Of a stretch of DNA of 32,000 nt, positions 23,434 through 31,734 are shown in pieces (positions within the stretch are counted from its first letter, which is position 1; each line of letters opens with the position of its first letter). The translations under genes and the position numbers were made by a program. The notes beneath the pieces are model-generated. The model ran no database searches. It was given only the letters and a program-made list of their open reading frames with translations, and was not told the origin of the DNA. Source of the stretch: an uncultured Opitutales bacterium (GTDB taxonomy: Bacteria > Verrucomicrobiota > Verrucomicrobiia > Opitutales > Intestinicryptomonadaceae); the NCBI GenBank assembly GCA_934660865.1, contig CAKUIA010000006.1, forward strand, positions 60,001-92,000, given 5' to 3'.

Positions 23434-25211
23434 AGCTTCTTCGGGATATTCTCAAAGACGCTTGGACGCCCGCCGACCGCCGAGAGCCTTGGCGTTGGTG
23501 CGAAGACCATATAAAAAGCATTCCGTATTCGCCGCTTCCAGGACCGTTCAGAAGCGAAAACTCGCCGTGGATTCGCGAAGTTATGGAGGCAATCGTTGAC
23601 CCGAAAATCCGCCTTGTCTCGATTATCGCCGCCGTCCAAAGCTCGAAGACTACAAGTCCCGAGCTTACGCTTTGCTACATAATAGCCAACCTCCCAGGAC
23701 CTTGCCTTTGGCTCGACCAGACGGACGAAGACGCAAAAGACGAGTCGGAAAGCCGCCTGCAAAAGCTTTTTGAGAGCTGCGAGCCGGTAAAAAAGCTATT
23801 TCCAAAGAACAAAAATAAACAGCGCAACTGCACAATCCACTTTTCAAACGGAATGACGCTTTGGCTGCTGGGAGCGTATAACAAGACCAATCTCCAACGC
23901 CGTTCAATCCGCTGGCTTTTCGGAGACGAAACTTGGCGATGGCCAGTCGGACATATGGCGGAAGCGGAGGCAAGAACTACGGCTTTCGGGTGGCTCGGCA
24001 AATGCGTGTTTATGAGTCAAGGCGGAGAGGAGAACGACGACACCCACCGCAAATTTGAAACAACCGATATGCGCGAATGGCACTACAAGTGTCCCAAATG
24101 CGGCAAATACATTCCCTACAAGTGGGAAAACATCGAGTGGGACGACGACTGCAAAGACGAAAACGGCGAATACGACTTTTCAAAAATCAACCATTCAACA
24201 GCCTTGAAATGTCCCGAATGCGGGGAGTATTTTGAGGATTCCGACAGAATGAGGCGCATTCTCAACAAGGACGGAAAGTTTATCGCGCTCAATCCGAATG
24301 CTTCAAAAGAAAACGTGGGCTTCCATTGGAATGCGCTCGCTTCGATGAGTTGGGGCAAGCTTGCCGAGCTTTACCTTCGCGCGAAAATTGCCGCAAGAAA
24401 GGGCGACAGCTCTTTGCTGCAACAATTCTACCAGAAACGCCTTGCTCTTGCTTGGAGGGAATTTGCCGAAGACTACCGCCTTGAAATCGCCTCTGGCAGC
24501 TATAATTCGGGGGACGTTTGGGATGAGGAAGCGGGCTTCAACAAGCTCGGTGAAATCATCGCCCCGCCTTTTGCCGAAAACGAGGTTATCGCGCCGCTTC
24601 GCATAATGTCGGTTGATGTTCAGATGAACTGCTTTTACTTGGTTGTCCGCGCTTGGAGCATTAACGGTTCGAGTCGTCTTCTATGGCACGAAAAGGTACT
24701 GACGTGGGAAGACATCGAGGAAATCCAAAAGCGTTTTAAAATTTTGGACAACCTTGTATTTGTCGACGCGGGGTATAATTCGTTTGAAGTCTACAAGCAT
24801 TGCGGGGAGCGGAATTGGATTGCGCTTATGGGCGACAACAGGGCGAACTTCTTTCACAGACTTCCGAACGGCAAGACGGTTTTGCGCTTTTACTCTCCCG
24901 TAAAGCACATATTTATTTCGCGCTACGTTAAGTGCCGTATGCACTTTTGGAGCAACCTCAACGTAAAAGACACTTTGGCGAGAATCAGGCGAAACCAGAA
25001 TCCTGCCGACGGCGCAACTTGGGAAGTGCCGACGGATATTTCCGAAGACTACTTAAAGCAAATGGAGTCCGAACACCGCATTAAAAAGGGCAACTCGTGG
25101 ATATGGGAGCAAATCGGCAACCGCCCCAACCACTACCTCGACTGCGAAGCTATGAACTGCGCAGGAGCGTTGATGTTGAAGATTGTGGGGAACAATGGTT
25201 TATATAGTTAA
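23430..25211 (+). CDS. terL: Terminase large subunit, lambda GpA family
   Basis: Start ATG 23430 (MKLLRDILKDAW...). The upstream ORF extension overlaps the CmoA-like gene and is rejected. GpA-type features: REPWRWCEDHIKSIPYSPLPGPFRSENSPWIREVMEAI, an ATPase segment AAVQSSKTT, and a zinc-ribbon YKCPKCGKY ... LKCPECGEYF. Confidence 0.9.
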   Translation: MKLLRDILKDAWTPADRREPWRWCEDHIKSIPYSPLPGPFRSENSPWIREVMEAIVDPKIRLVSIIAAVQSSKTTSPELTLCYIIANLPGPCLWLDQTDEDAKDESESRLQKLFESCEPVKKLFPKNKNKQRNCTIHFSNGMTLWLLGAYNKTNLQRRSIRWLFGDETWRWPVGHMAEAEARTTAFGWLGKCVFMSQGGEENDDTHRKFETTDMREWHYKCPKCGKYIPYKWENIEWDDDCKDENGEYDFSKINHSTALKCPECGEYFEDSDRMRRILNKDGKFIALNPNASKENVGFHWNALASMSWGKLAELYLRAKIAARKGDSSLLQQFYQKRLALAWREFAEDYRLEIASGSYNSGDVWDEEAGFNKLGEIIAPPFAENEVIAPLRIMSVDVQMNCFYLVVRAWSINGSSRLLWHEKVLTWEDIEEIQKRFKILDNLVFVDAGYNSFEVYKHCGERNWIALMGDNRANFFHRLPNGKTVLRFYSPVKHIFISRYVKCRMHFWSNLNVKDTLARIRRNQNPADGATWEVPTDISEDYLKQMESEHRIKKGNSWIWEQIGNRPNHYLDCEAMNCAGALMLKIVGNNGLYS

Positions 25212-26437
25212 ATAATTTCTCCTCGAAAATAATCTTTTATTATTTTTATATATTTATTTGGGATTCCTAGCCTTTCTCTAAACAAATTTTTCACAGGTAC
25301 AGGATTTGGATTTAATATGATTATATTTGGATATTTAGTCTTTTTGCAAAAAGCCTTTTTTAATAAATCAATTGCTCTTATATCAGTGATGGGGAAAGAG
25401 TATCCAATTACATATATTGATTCTGCTTTACTTAAATCAGATTCAGCATATTCCCATAAATTTTTAAATAATTTGCCCCAAAAATTATAACTTTTATTTT
25501 TGACTGGAGGGATAATCAGTGGAGTACTTGGCATTCCATCACTAGGATAATTACTTTCAGGAATCCAAGGAAATTTCGGTCTTACCCTGATAATAAGCCG
25601 ATCTTTAGGTGCTGTTTTTCCTTTGTCTGATAAAATATTTGGGGGATAATATCCCATAGAAAAAGGAGCATATCCTTCCATATATCTACCCGCGTACGCA
25701 GGATAAGGTTTAGTTGCGTATTCATATATCCAAACTGAATCATTTGGAGATTCTTGTATTAGTTTAAAATCTTTTGCTTCTTGATCATAGTACATAGGAG
25801 AAGTGAGCCAATTTGTTGAGCCATGTAACTTTATTAATTTTGGGGATTGTTTGAAGCTGTTTTGAGGCAACAGCCATTTATCTCGATATATACCACAAGG
25901 CGAAAAACCATATCCAAAGTCTGTTTCCCAATCAGTATCTTCTTGTAAGGCTCGATCCAATAAAGTATCCCAATTAAATGTTATTATAGTATCATCTGTA
26001 TTTATTTTTTTTAAAAATAATCTATGTGCTTTTGATGTTGGTCCATTTTGAATTTCATTTATAATCGATGAAAAAAAATAAACCAATTGTTGATAAGTTT
26101 TTGTCAATATAAGCAACTCGCTGGAAATATGTTCGCAATTTTGATCCTTTTCAATTAAGGTAAGCATTTTATATTCAATCGCAGAGTGAATTTTCTCAAT
26201 ATCTAAATCTCCTTTAAAAACTGATTCGATAGGAACATTTCTGGTCTTATGTAAATAATTCACGATGTCACCGATTATAACCCAAGGGTTTTGTGATATA
26301 TTTAATTTTTCAAAGGTAGAAAAAACCTCTGTTGCCAATGGCATTTTTTGACCAGATAAGGATTCACCATAAGACTTAGATGCTCCAGCTCCCAATATAT
26401 ATACATTCATTTCATTATTTAAGTTCAATGGATACAT
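25208..26437 (-). CDS. SIR2-like (SIR2_2 / ThsA-type NADase fold) protein, standalone, AT-rich insert
   Basis: Ordered signature: VYILGAGASKSYG; IITFNWDTLLDRAL; LIKLHGSTNW; IYVIGYSFPITDIRAIDLL. The start is ambiguous (ATG at 26485, 26437 or 26410). There are 20 G+C in line 25261-25320. Confidence 0.8.
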   Translation of the reverse strand: MYPLNLNNEMNVYILGAGASKSYGESLSGQKMPLATEVFSTFEKLNISQNPWVIIGDIVNYLHKTRNVPIESVFKGDLDIEKIHSAIEYKMLTLIEKDQNCEHISSELLILTKTYQQLVYFFSSIINEIQNGPTSKAHRLFLKKINTDDTIITFNWDTLLDRALQEDTDWETDFGYGFSPCGIYRDKWLLPQNSFKQSPKLIKLHGSTNWLTSPMYYDQEAKDFKLIQESPNDSVWIYEYATKPYPAYAGRYMEGYAPFSMGYYPPNILSDKGKTAPKDRLIIRVRPKFPWIPESNYPSDGMPSTPLIIPPVKNKSYNFWGKLFKNLWEYAESDLSKAESIYVIGYSFPITDIRAIDLLKKAFCKKTKYPNIIILNPNPVPVKNLFRERLGIPNKYIKIIKDYFRGEII

Positions 26438-26451
26438 GTAAATTACTCGAA

Positions 26452-26480
26452 TTTTTTTGACAAGTTTTATTCTTATCATG
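26452..26480 (+). repeat. Junction motif copy: TTTTTTTGACA-N15-ATG (gpW-like gene)
   Basis: TTGACA at 26457-26462, ATG at 26478. No SD. Confidence 0.4.
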
Positions 26481-26735
26481 TCCAATTACATTTACACACG
26501 CGGGTATACTGTGGCGGAGCTTGAGGCTTTGCTTGTTCGGGTAAAAGCCGAGCGCGAAAAGTATCTTCAATCGGCTTCCGATAGCGGAAGCTCGTATTCA
26601 CGCATCGCGCTTTCGGAAATCGAGAAGAAGTTCAACGGCATAATGGACGCGTTGGAGCTTCTCGCGCCCGAAAAATACCCCAAAACAAACCGCCGAATTT
26701 CCCTTAGCGGCGTAGTAGGAGGAGTTATCCAATGA
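26478..26735 (+). CDS. gpW-like head-tail joining protein (by position and size)
   Basis: 85 aa from ATG 26478. It lies between terL and portal, as lambda W does. Its stop overlaps the portal start (ATGA). No SD; the junction motif lies upstream. Confidence 0.5.
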   Translation: MSNYIYTRGYTVAELEALLVRVKAEREKYLQSASDSGSSYSRIALSEIEKKFNGIMDALELLAPEKYPKTNRRISLSGVVGGVIQ

Positions 26736-28147
26736 CGCTACGGAGGAAAATCGCCAATATGTTCTACGGAATCGGGCACGCGTTCGAGTCTGCAAAGGTT
26801 TCGCTTTCGCGCGGCAACCCAAACACGCTGAACCCTACGGACGCGAGCGCGGAACTGCCCTCATGCACAAGAAGCGAACTTGTCCGCAAAGCCAGATACC
26901 TCGAAAAGAATTCGGGGCACATTCGTGGAATTCTGCGCGATTTGAAAGTCTACGGAATCGGCAAGGGAATCTACCCTAACGCGAAATCCGACAACCACGC
27001 TTGGAATAAGCAGGCGGAGGATTTCTTCTTCAAATGGAGCAGACATTGCGACATCACAAACCGCTTTTCTTGGCGCGAATGCCAGTCGATGATTCTGCGC
27101 GCGCTTATCGTCGACGGCGAAATCTTCGTAATAAAAACATTCGACAGCTTCGGCGTTCCCAAAATCCAGCTAATAGAAAGCCACCGCCTAATGTCGCCAA
27201 GCGACTCTGATAGCGGGCGCATTGTTGACGGAATGGAGTTCGACAAATTCGGGAGGGTTAAAAATTACTACTTCGTTGTAGGCGATGATTCGCAAACCAC
27301 CAAAGTTCCCGCAAACGCAGTTTTGCATATCTTCGATCCTGAACGCGTTTCGCAGGCGCGGGCTTACCCGCAAATTCAACATTCGATAAACGACGTAATC
27401 GACAGAAAGGAAATTCTCGCTCTCGAAAAAAAGAAAGTGAAGGCGATTTCCGACATCGTCCATATCCTGAAAGGCGGTCAGGGAATGACGCTTGACGGAG
27501 ACTATAAAGTTGACGTAGGCAACCGCCCAGAGGGCACGTCTACGGCAACACTAAACCGAATATTGGGTGGCAAAAATATCCGAATCGACCCCGACGAAAG
27601 CATAGACGTTCACGAAAGCAATACTCCGTCTCCCACATTTTCGGGCTTTTTGACGGAACTTGACCGTTCTGGAAGTCTCGGCGTTCTCCCCTACGAATTT
27701 GTCATAGACCCGTCGAAAATCGGCGGAGCTTCGGTGCGTCTCATTGCCTCGAAAACACAACGATACATCGACGACATCGCGCAAATCATAGACGAACGCT
27801 TCAACGATGCCGTATGGTTCTTCGTTATCGGCTGGGCAATCGACAGCGGAACTTTACCCGCCCAAAATTGGTGGTGGTATTGCTCTTGGACTCACCCGCG
27901 CAAACTCACCGTCGACGCGGGACGAGAGGAACAGCAAAACCGCGCAAATGTCGAAATGGGCTTGAAGACGCTCGAAGAAAGCTTCGCCGAATGCGGGCAG
28001 GATTTCGAGGACGAAATGCGCACGCGCGCCGACAACGCCCGCTTCATTATGCGCTTGGCTGGAATCCCCGACAGCGAGCCGATTCCGCTTTATATGCTCT
28101 ACAAGGTAAACGGCACACAGGTAATCGAAAAATCCGATGACAAATAA
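26732..28147 (+). CDS. Portal protein, lambda (gpB) family
   Basis: 471 aa. The N-terminal region SELVRKARYLEKNSGHIRGILRDLKVYGIGKGIYP is typical of Phage_portal_2 as I recall it. It sits between terL/W and the S49 protease. Confidence 0.85.
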   Translation: MTLRRKIANMFYGIGHAFESAKVSLSRGNPNTLNPTDASAELPSCTRSELVRKARYLEKNSGHIRGILRDLKVYGIGKGIYPNAKSDNHAWNKQAEDFFFKWSRHCDITNRFSWRECQSMILRALIVDGEIFVIKTFDSFGVPKIQLIESHRLMSPSDSDSGRIVDGMEFDKFGRVKNYYFVVGDDSQTTKVPANAVLHIFDPERVSQARAYPQIQHSINDVIDRKEILALEKKKVKAISDIVHILKGGQGMTLDGDYKVDVGNRPEGTSTATLNRILGGKNIRIDPDESIDVHESNTPSPTFSGFLTELDRSGSLGVLPYEFVIDPSKIGGASVRLIASKTQRYIDDIAQIIDERFNDAVWFFVIGWAIDSGTLPAQNWWWYCSWTHPRKLTVDAGREEQQNRANVEMGLKTLEESFAECGQDFEDEMRTRADNARFIMRLAGIPDSEPIPLYMLYKVNGTQVIEKSDDK

Positions 28148-28961
28148 CATTTTTCTAAACGGCATTTGCAGACCGTGGAATATCCACGCTGGAACGTTTC
28201 TTGCGCTTTCGCTTAGAACACTTGCGGAGGCTTCGGGCGGAAATTCACTCGAAACTTGGCGGGAGAAATTCTCGCAATTCGTCCCGCAACGAAGCCCGCT
28301 TTCAATAGACGAAAACGGAATTGCGCATATTTCAATTCACGGAACGCTTTTCAACAAGGAAGCCCCGTATTTTGTGGCGGGCTACGGCGGAACCGACTAC
28401 GCGGAAATTCTGCGCGACATCGAAACCGTTTCCGAAAAAGCGAAAGCGATTTTCCTGAAAATAGATTCTGGCGGCGGGCACGCCTGCGGGAACGACAAAG
28501 TGGCAAAAGCCGTTTCGCAGTGCGCAAAGCCCGTATTCGCCTACACCGACGGAATGTGCTGCTCGGCGGCATACGCGATAGCTTCGGGCGCGTCCTACAT
28601 CTGCGCTTCGGCAGATTCAACCGTTGGCAGTATCGGAACAATTCTTCCGCTAATGGATGTTTCGGGGCTTTGGCAGTCGCTCGGGATAAAGCCCGACTAC
28701 ATCACAAACCGCGAGGGAACGCTCAAAACGGCGGGCTATCCGCCGAGCCAGAACGAAGCCGAACGCGCCGCCCTGCAAGCCGAAACGCAGGAGTATTTCG
28801 AGCTTTTCAAATCGCACGTTTTGGCAAACAGGCAAATTGCAAATGATGATATGCGCGGACAGGCGTTTGTGGGCGCTGATGCGTTAAAGCACGGACTTGT
28901 AGACGAAATCTGCGACGAAAAAACCGCCTACAATAAACTCAAAATTTTGACAACTTGCTAA
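28137..28961 (+). CDS. Head maturation protease, S49 (SppA/ClpP-fold, lambda gpC-like)
   Basis: IFLKIDSGGGHACG ... AYTDGMCCSAAYAIASGASYICASADSTVGSIGTI contains the S49 serine motif. It overlaps the portal end by 11 nt. Confidence 0.88.
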   Translation: MTNNIFLNGICRPWNIHAGTFLALSLRTLAEASGGNSLETWREKFSQFVPQRSPLSIDENGIAHISIHGTLFNKEAPYFVAGYGGTDYAEILRDIETVSEKAKAIFLKIDSGGGHACGNDKVAKAVSQCAKPVFAYTDGMCCSAAYAIASGASYICASADSTVGSIGTILPLMDVSGLWQSLGIKPDYITNREGTLKTAGYPPSQNEAERAALQAETQEYFELFKSHVLANRQIANDDMRGQAFVGADALKHGLVDEICDEKTAYNKLKILTTC

Positions 28962-28969
28962 GAAGTATG
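28941..28969 (+). repeat. Junction motif copy: AAAATTTTGACA-N14-ATG (scaffold gene)
   Basis: TTGACA at 28947-28952, ATG at 28967. It lies inside the 3' end of the protease gene. Confidence 0.4.
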
Positions 28970-29371
28970 GACGAATCTAAACAAAAAACACTTGCCGATG
29001 CCATCGCGAAAATCGAGACGCTTTCGGCGGAAAATACGAATCTTGCTTCGGATTTGGAAGCGGCAAAGGCGCGCATCTGCGAACTCGAAAACGAATTGTC
29101 CGCCGAAAAGTCGGCGCATAATTCGGCAAACGAAAAACTCTCCGCGCTCGAAGCAAAGCACCGAGACATCGACAAAGAGGTTTCGGCAAAAGTCGCAAAA
29201 GTTGCGGCTCAAAGCGGAGTTTCACCGATTGTCGACGTTTCCAACAGTAGCAACAATGAAAGCCTTGAAGAGCTTGCAAAGCGCATTGACGCCGCCCACG
29301 GAATCGAAAAGGCGAAGCTCATCGAGAAAAACTACGACCGCATTATGTCGGCAATGAAAGGAGCGTGCTAA
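28967..29371 (+). CDS. Scaffolding protein (coiled-coil)
   Basis: ATG 28967. The sequence is helical and heptad-like (LADAIAKIETLSAENTNLASDLEAAKARICELENELSAEKS). It lies between the protease and the capsid gene. Confidence 0.6.
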   Translation: MDESKQKTLADAIAKIETLSAENTNLASDLEAAKARICELENELSAEKSAHNSANEKLSALEAKHRDIDKEVSAKVAKVAAQSGVSPIVDVSNSSNNESLEELAKRIDAAHGIEKAKLIEKNYDRIMSAMKGAC

Positions 29372-30265
29372 GTGAACACTATTCCCGTAGCGTTAAGGCG
29401 TTCGCTGATTTTGAAGTCGGCGATGGAGGAATTCAAGCACAAGCTCATTCCGCTTGGGCTGTTTTCAACGGTTCTTCGCAACGTTCCGCTCGAAGGCAAC
29501 AACGAAATCGACATTCCGTATATCCCGCTTGCTACGAGCGCGAGCAAGGATTTTGACGGAACGTATAAGTTCGACAAGGGCGATATGCAGTCGCGCAAAA
29601 TCACGGTGGACAGGCGCAAATACCAGTCGCTTACCTACACTTCCGAAGAAAAGGCGCGCCAGCCGTATTTCGACCCGATTACATTGGGCAGGCTCAAGGG
29701 CGCGAAGCTTGCCGAAGACGTATTGCTCGACATTTTGTCGGTAATCACCAAGGCGAATTTCGGAGAGGCGATTCTTATAAGAAACGCGACGGACTTCGAC
29801 ACGGACGACATCATCGACCTTGAAACGAAGATTGACGAGCTTGAATGGCCCGATTCTCCGCGCGGAATACTTTTGAAATCGTCGTATATGGCGAACGTAA
29901 AAAAGGACATCAAAACTTCTGGCGGGCTTGCAAACTTCGGTTTTTCCGCGTTGGGCGAGCTGCCGAACCTTTTGGGATTTAGCTTTTCCAAGTTTAACAG
30001 GCTTCCGCACAACAACGAAAAGTTGCAGGGCTTTGTTGTGTATCCGTCGGCGATAATGGTTGCCCTTGCGCCGATTCAGCCCACCGCAAACGTTATGAAG
30101 CAACTTTCGACATACACGACCTACACCGACCAGCAAACTGGGCTTACACTTGAATACCGCGCTTGGGGCGACGCCGACACGGACGCTTCAAAGGAAATCA
30201 TTGAGTGCAACTACGGTTTCGGCGTTGGCGAAAGCAAAGCATTAAAGCGCATAGTTTCGGAATAA
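29372..30265 (+). CDS. Major capsid protein (by position and size)
   Basis: GTG start 8 nt after SD AAAGGAG. 297 aa, immediately after the scaffold. The family was not identified by eye. Confidence 0.7.
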   Translation: MNTIPVALRRSLILKSAMEEFKHKLIPLGLFSTVLRNVPLEGNNEIDIPYIPLATSASKDFDGTYKFDKGDMQSRKITVDRRKYQSLTYTSEEKARQPYFDPITLGRLKGAKLAEDVLLDILSVITKANFGEAILIRNATDFDTDDIIDLETKIDELEWPDSPRGILLKSSYMANVKKDIKTSGGLANFGFSALGELPNLLGFSFSKFNRLPHNNEKLQGFVVYPSAIMVALAPIQPTANVMKQLSTYTTYTDQQTGLTLEYRAWGDADTDASKEIIECNYGFGVGESKALKRIVSE

Positions 30266-30483
30266 TGAACTCGTTTATAACTGTGGCATATAAGGCAAAC
30301 GGAACATCGGAAATTTTGGCAACGCCCGATGTTTCCTATGCCAAACAGCGCGAAATTTTCAAAACCCTGAAAGGCGGCTATACCGAAGTCGAGGTTTGGA
30401 GCCGTTCTATGGGCAAGATTAAGCAACGCAAAGTTTCAAAAGAATCAAAAGTTTCCAAAACTTCAAAAACATCAAAGGAGTAG
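30265..30483 (+). CDS. Small head-associated protein with Lys/Ser repeat tail
   Basis: ATG 30265 overlaps the capsid stop (TAATG). 72 aa ending KVSKESKVSKTSKTSKE. Confidence 0.5.
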   Translation: MNSFITVAYKANGTSEILATPDVSYAKQREIFKTLKGGYTEVEVWSRSMGKIKQRKVSKESKVSKTSKTSKE

Positions 30484-30486
30484 AAG

Positions 30487-30792
30487 ATGAGAGAAAACGA
30501 CATTTTAAGAATCAGACCCGAACACACTCACGCTGGCGGTTTGCAAATTTGCGACGACGGCGCGGACGGAACAGTTCAAAAACTGGGCTTTTTCGGCGCG
30601 ACGCCTACCGTTCAGCGCAAAGGCGCGGCTCAAGCAAATGTTGCGACTGCTGAAATTGCGAATGCGGCGGGCGAAGCTCCGACAGCGGCTGAATACAATG
30701 CGGCTGTTACGCAGATTAACGCCCTTACCGTGCTTGTAAACGAACTGCGAGACGCCCTCGTCGAAAAAGGCCTGATAAAAGGTTCGGCATAG
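30487..30792 (+). CDS. Phage structural/hypothetical protein (LGFFGATP motif)
   Basis: SD AAAGGAG lies upstream. 101 aa with the motif KLGFFGATPTVQRKG, which I recall from capsid-proximal phage proteins. Followed by a terminator. Confidence 0.6.
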   Translation: MRENDILRIRPEHTHAGGLQICDDGADGTVQKLGFFGATPTVQRKGAAQANVATAEIANAAGEAPTAAEYNAAVTQINALTVLVNELRDALVEKGLIKGSA

Positions 30793-30815
30793 AATTTTGA
30801 ATACGATTCCATTCG

Positions 30816-30846
30816 GAGAGCTTTCGCAAGGAAACTCTCTTTTTTA
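30816..30846 (+). terminator. Rho-independent terminator ending the head operon
   Basis: GAGAGCTTTC-GCAAG-GAAACTCTC (one bulged C) followed by TTTTTTAT. Confidence 0.6.
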
Positions 30847-30861
30847 TACGATTTTCATTTG

Positions 30862-31320
30862 CTATGATACTCGAAAGTTTTTCGCAGAAGTTGGTGTAAT
30901 CTGAAATATAATCCCATCGTGCCTAATCAAATACAGCACATTTAGGGAGTCATTTGTTATTAGAATATCGTCCGATGATGGATACCAAATATACTTAAAA
31001 TAGTCGCAGAAATCCGCATAATTAAAAATATCCATAGGGCATTCATAACCCCATATAACGATTATATTATCGGATTGGTCAGATAGTAGATTCAAAGACT
31101 TGATAGAAAAGTCTTCTGATGTTGCGTCCGTATTTTCAATATATTTTCCAGCTTCCTGAACTTTGTTAAAATCAGATATATCTAAATTATAACGCAACGA
31201 CAGTTTTCTTGTAATCGATTCGCTTTCCTTTTTTGATAATGTATTGAATGAAGGAAATTTCGATTGTGTTTCATTTTCAAATATTGAAATTTTGAATGAG
31301 TCCACTCTTCTTATCCCCAA
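30862..31320 (-). CDS. Hypothetical protein (~147-152 aa), AT-rich, third gene after the PIN toxin
   Basis: There is no ATG start. Candidates are TTG 31320 or GTG 31305; the GTG is preceded by GGGGA at 8 nt. C-terminal motif: FCDYFKYIWYPSSDDILITNDSLNVLYLIRHDG. It lies 12 nt downstream of the PIN gene stop. Confidence 0.5.
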   Translation of the reverse strand: MGIRRVDSFKISIFENETQSKFPSFNTLSKKESESITRKLSLRYNLDISDFNKVQEAGKYIENTDATSEDFSIKSLNLLSDQSDNIIVIWGYECPMDIFNYADFCDYFKYIWYPSSDDILITNDSLNVLYLIRHDGIIFQITPTSAKNFRVS

Positions 31321-31332
31321 TTTCGTTTGCCT

Positions 31333-31734
31333 TTACAAAAACTCCAACGCTTCGGCGGGAGAAAGAACCGTTATGCCGAGCTTTTTCATAAGCGGTTTGG
31401 GATAGTGTTTTGCATTTCCCGTAACGATTATTTTATCCTGCGTTGCAAGTGCCGCTTCTATGAAAATTTTGTCGTCAATATCGGGAAGTTCTTCGGAAAT
31501 ATGCACGGGTTCTATCGGGTCAGTTCCCATTAAATCCACAAGAAATATGTTTACGCATTCCTCGGTGAGGTGAAATCGCGGGCGGGACAAAACTTCGAGA
31601 TATTCGCAGATTATTCGGTTGTCGTAAACCGCTGTAAAATTTTCGCCCATTTTCGACATCAGCAAATGCGGCGAACCGTTTGTGCTCAAAAACGCCGAAA
31701 CAACGACATTTGTATCAATTACAAAAGTCTTCAT
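31333..31734 (-). CDS. PIN-domain toxin (VapC-like, PIN_3 type)
   Basis: The N-terminus MKTFVIDTNVVVSAFL holds the first acidic PIN residue. Later motifs: DIDDKIFIEAAL and IIVTGNAKHY. It overlaps the upstream antitoxin by 4 nt. Confidence 0.85.
   Translation of the reverse strand: MKTFVIDTNVVVSAFLSTNGSPHLLMSKMGENFTAVYDNRIICEYLEVLSRPRFHLTEECVNIFLVDLMGTDPIEPVHISEELPDIDDKIFIEAALATQDKIIVTGNAKHYPKPLMKKLGITVLSPAEALEFL

Noticed and set aside
15468-28969. Reading the TTTTG part of the junction motif as a Bacteroidetes-type -7 promoter element (TAnnTTTG)
   Set aside because: Only the copy at 19293 fits TAnnTTTG exactly. No -33 TTTG partner is present at the expected distance. This genome clearly uses GGAGG Shine-Dalgarno sites and TTGACA/TATAAT promoters.
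29465-30136. Minus-strand 223-aa ORF
   Set aside because: It is antisense to the major capsid gene and is an Arg/Val-rich shadow ORF.
30793-31332. attR, or the end of a tail-less capsid-forming satellite (cf-PICI-like) island, at the end of the head operon
   Set aside because: I found no repeat of the tRNA-Ser 3' segment here or anywhere else in the window. The element is already far larger than typical satellites. The idea cannot be supported without flanking sequence.
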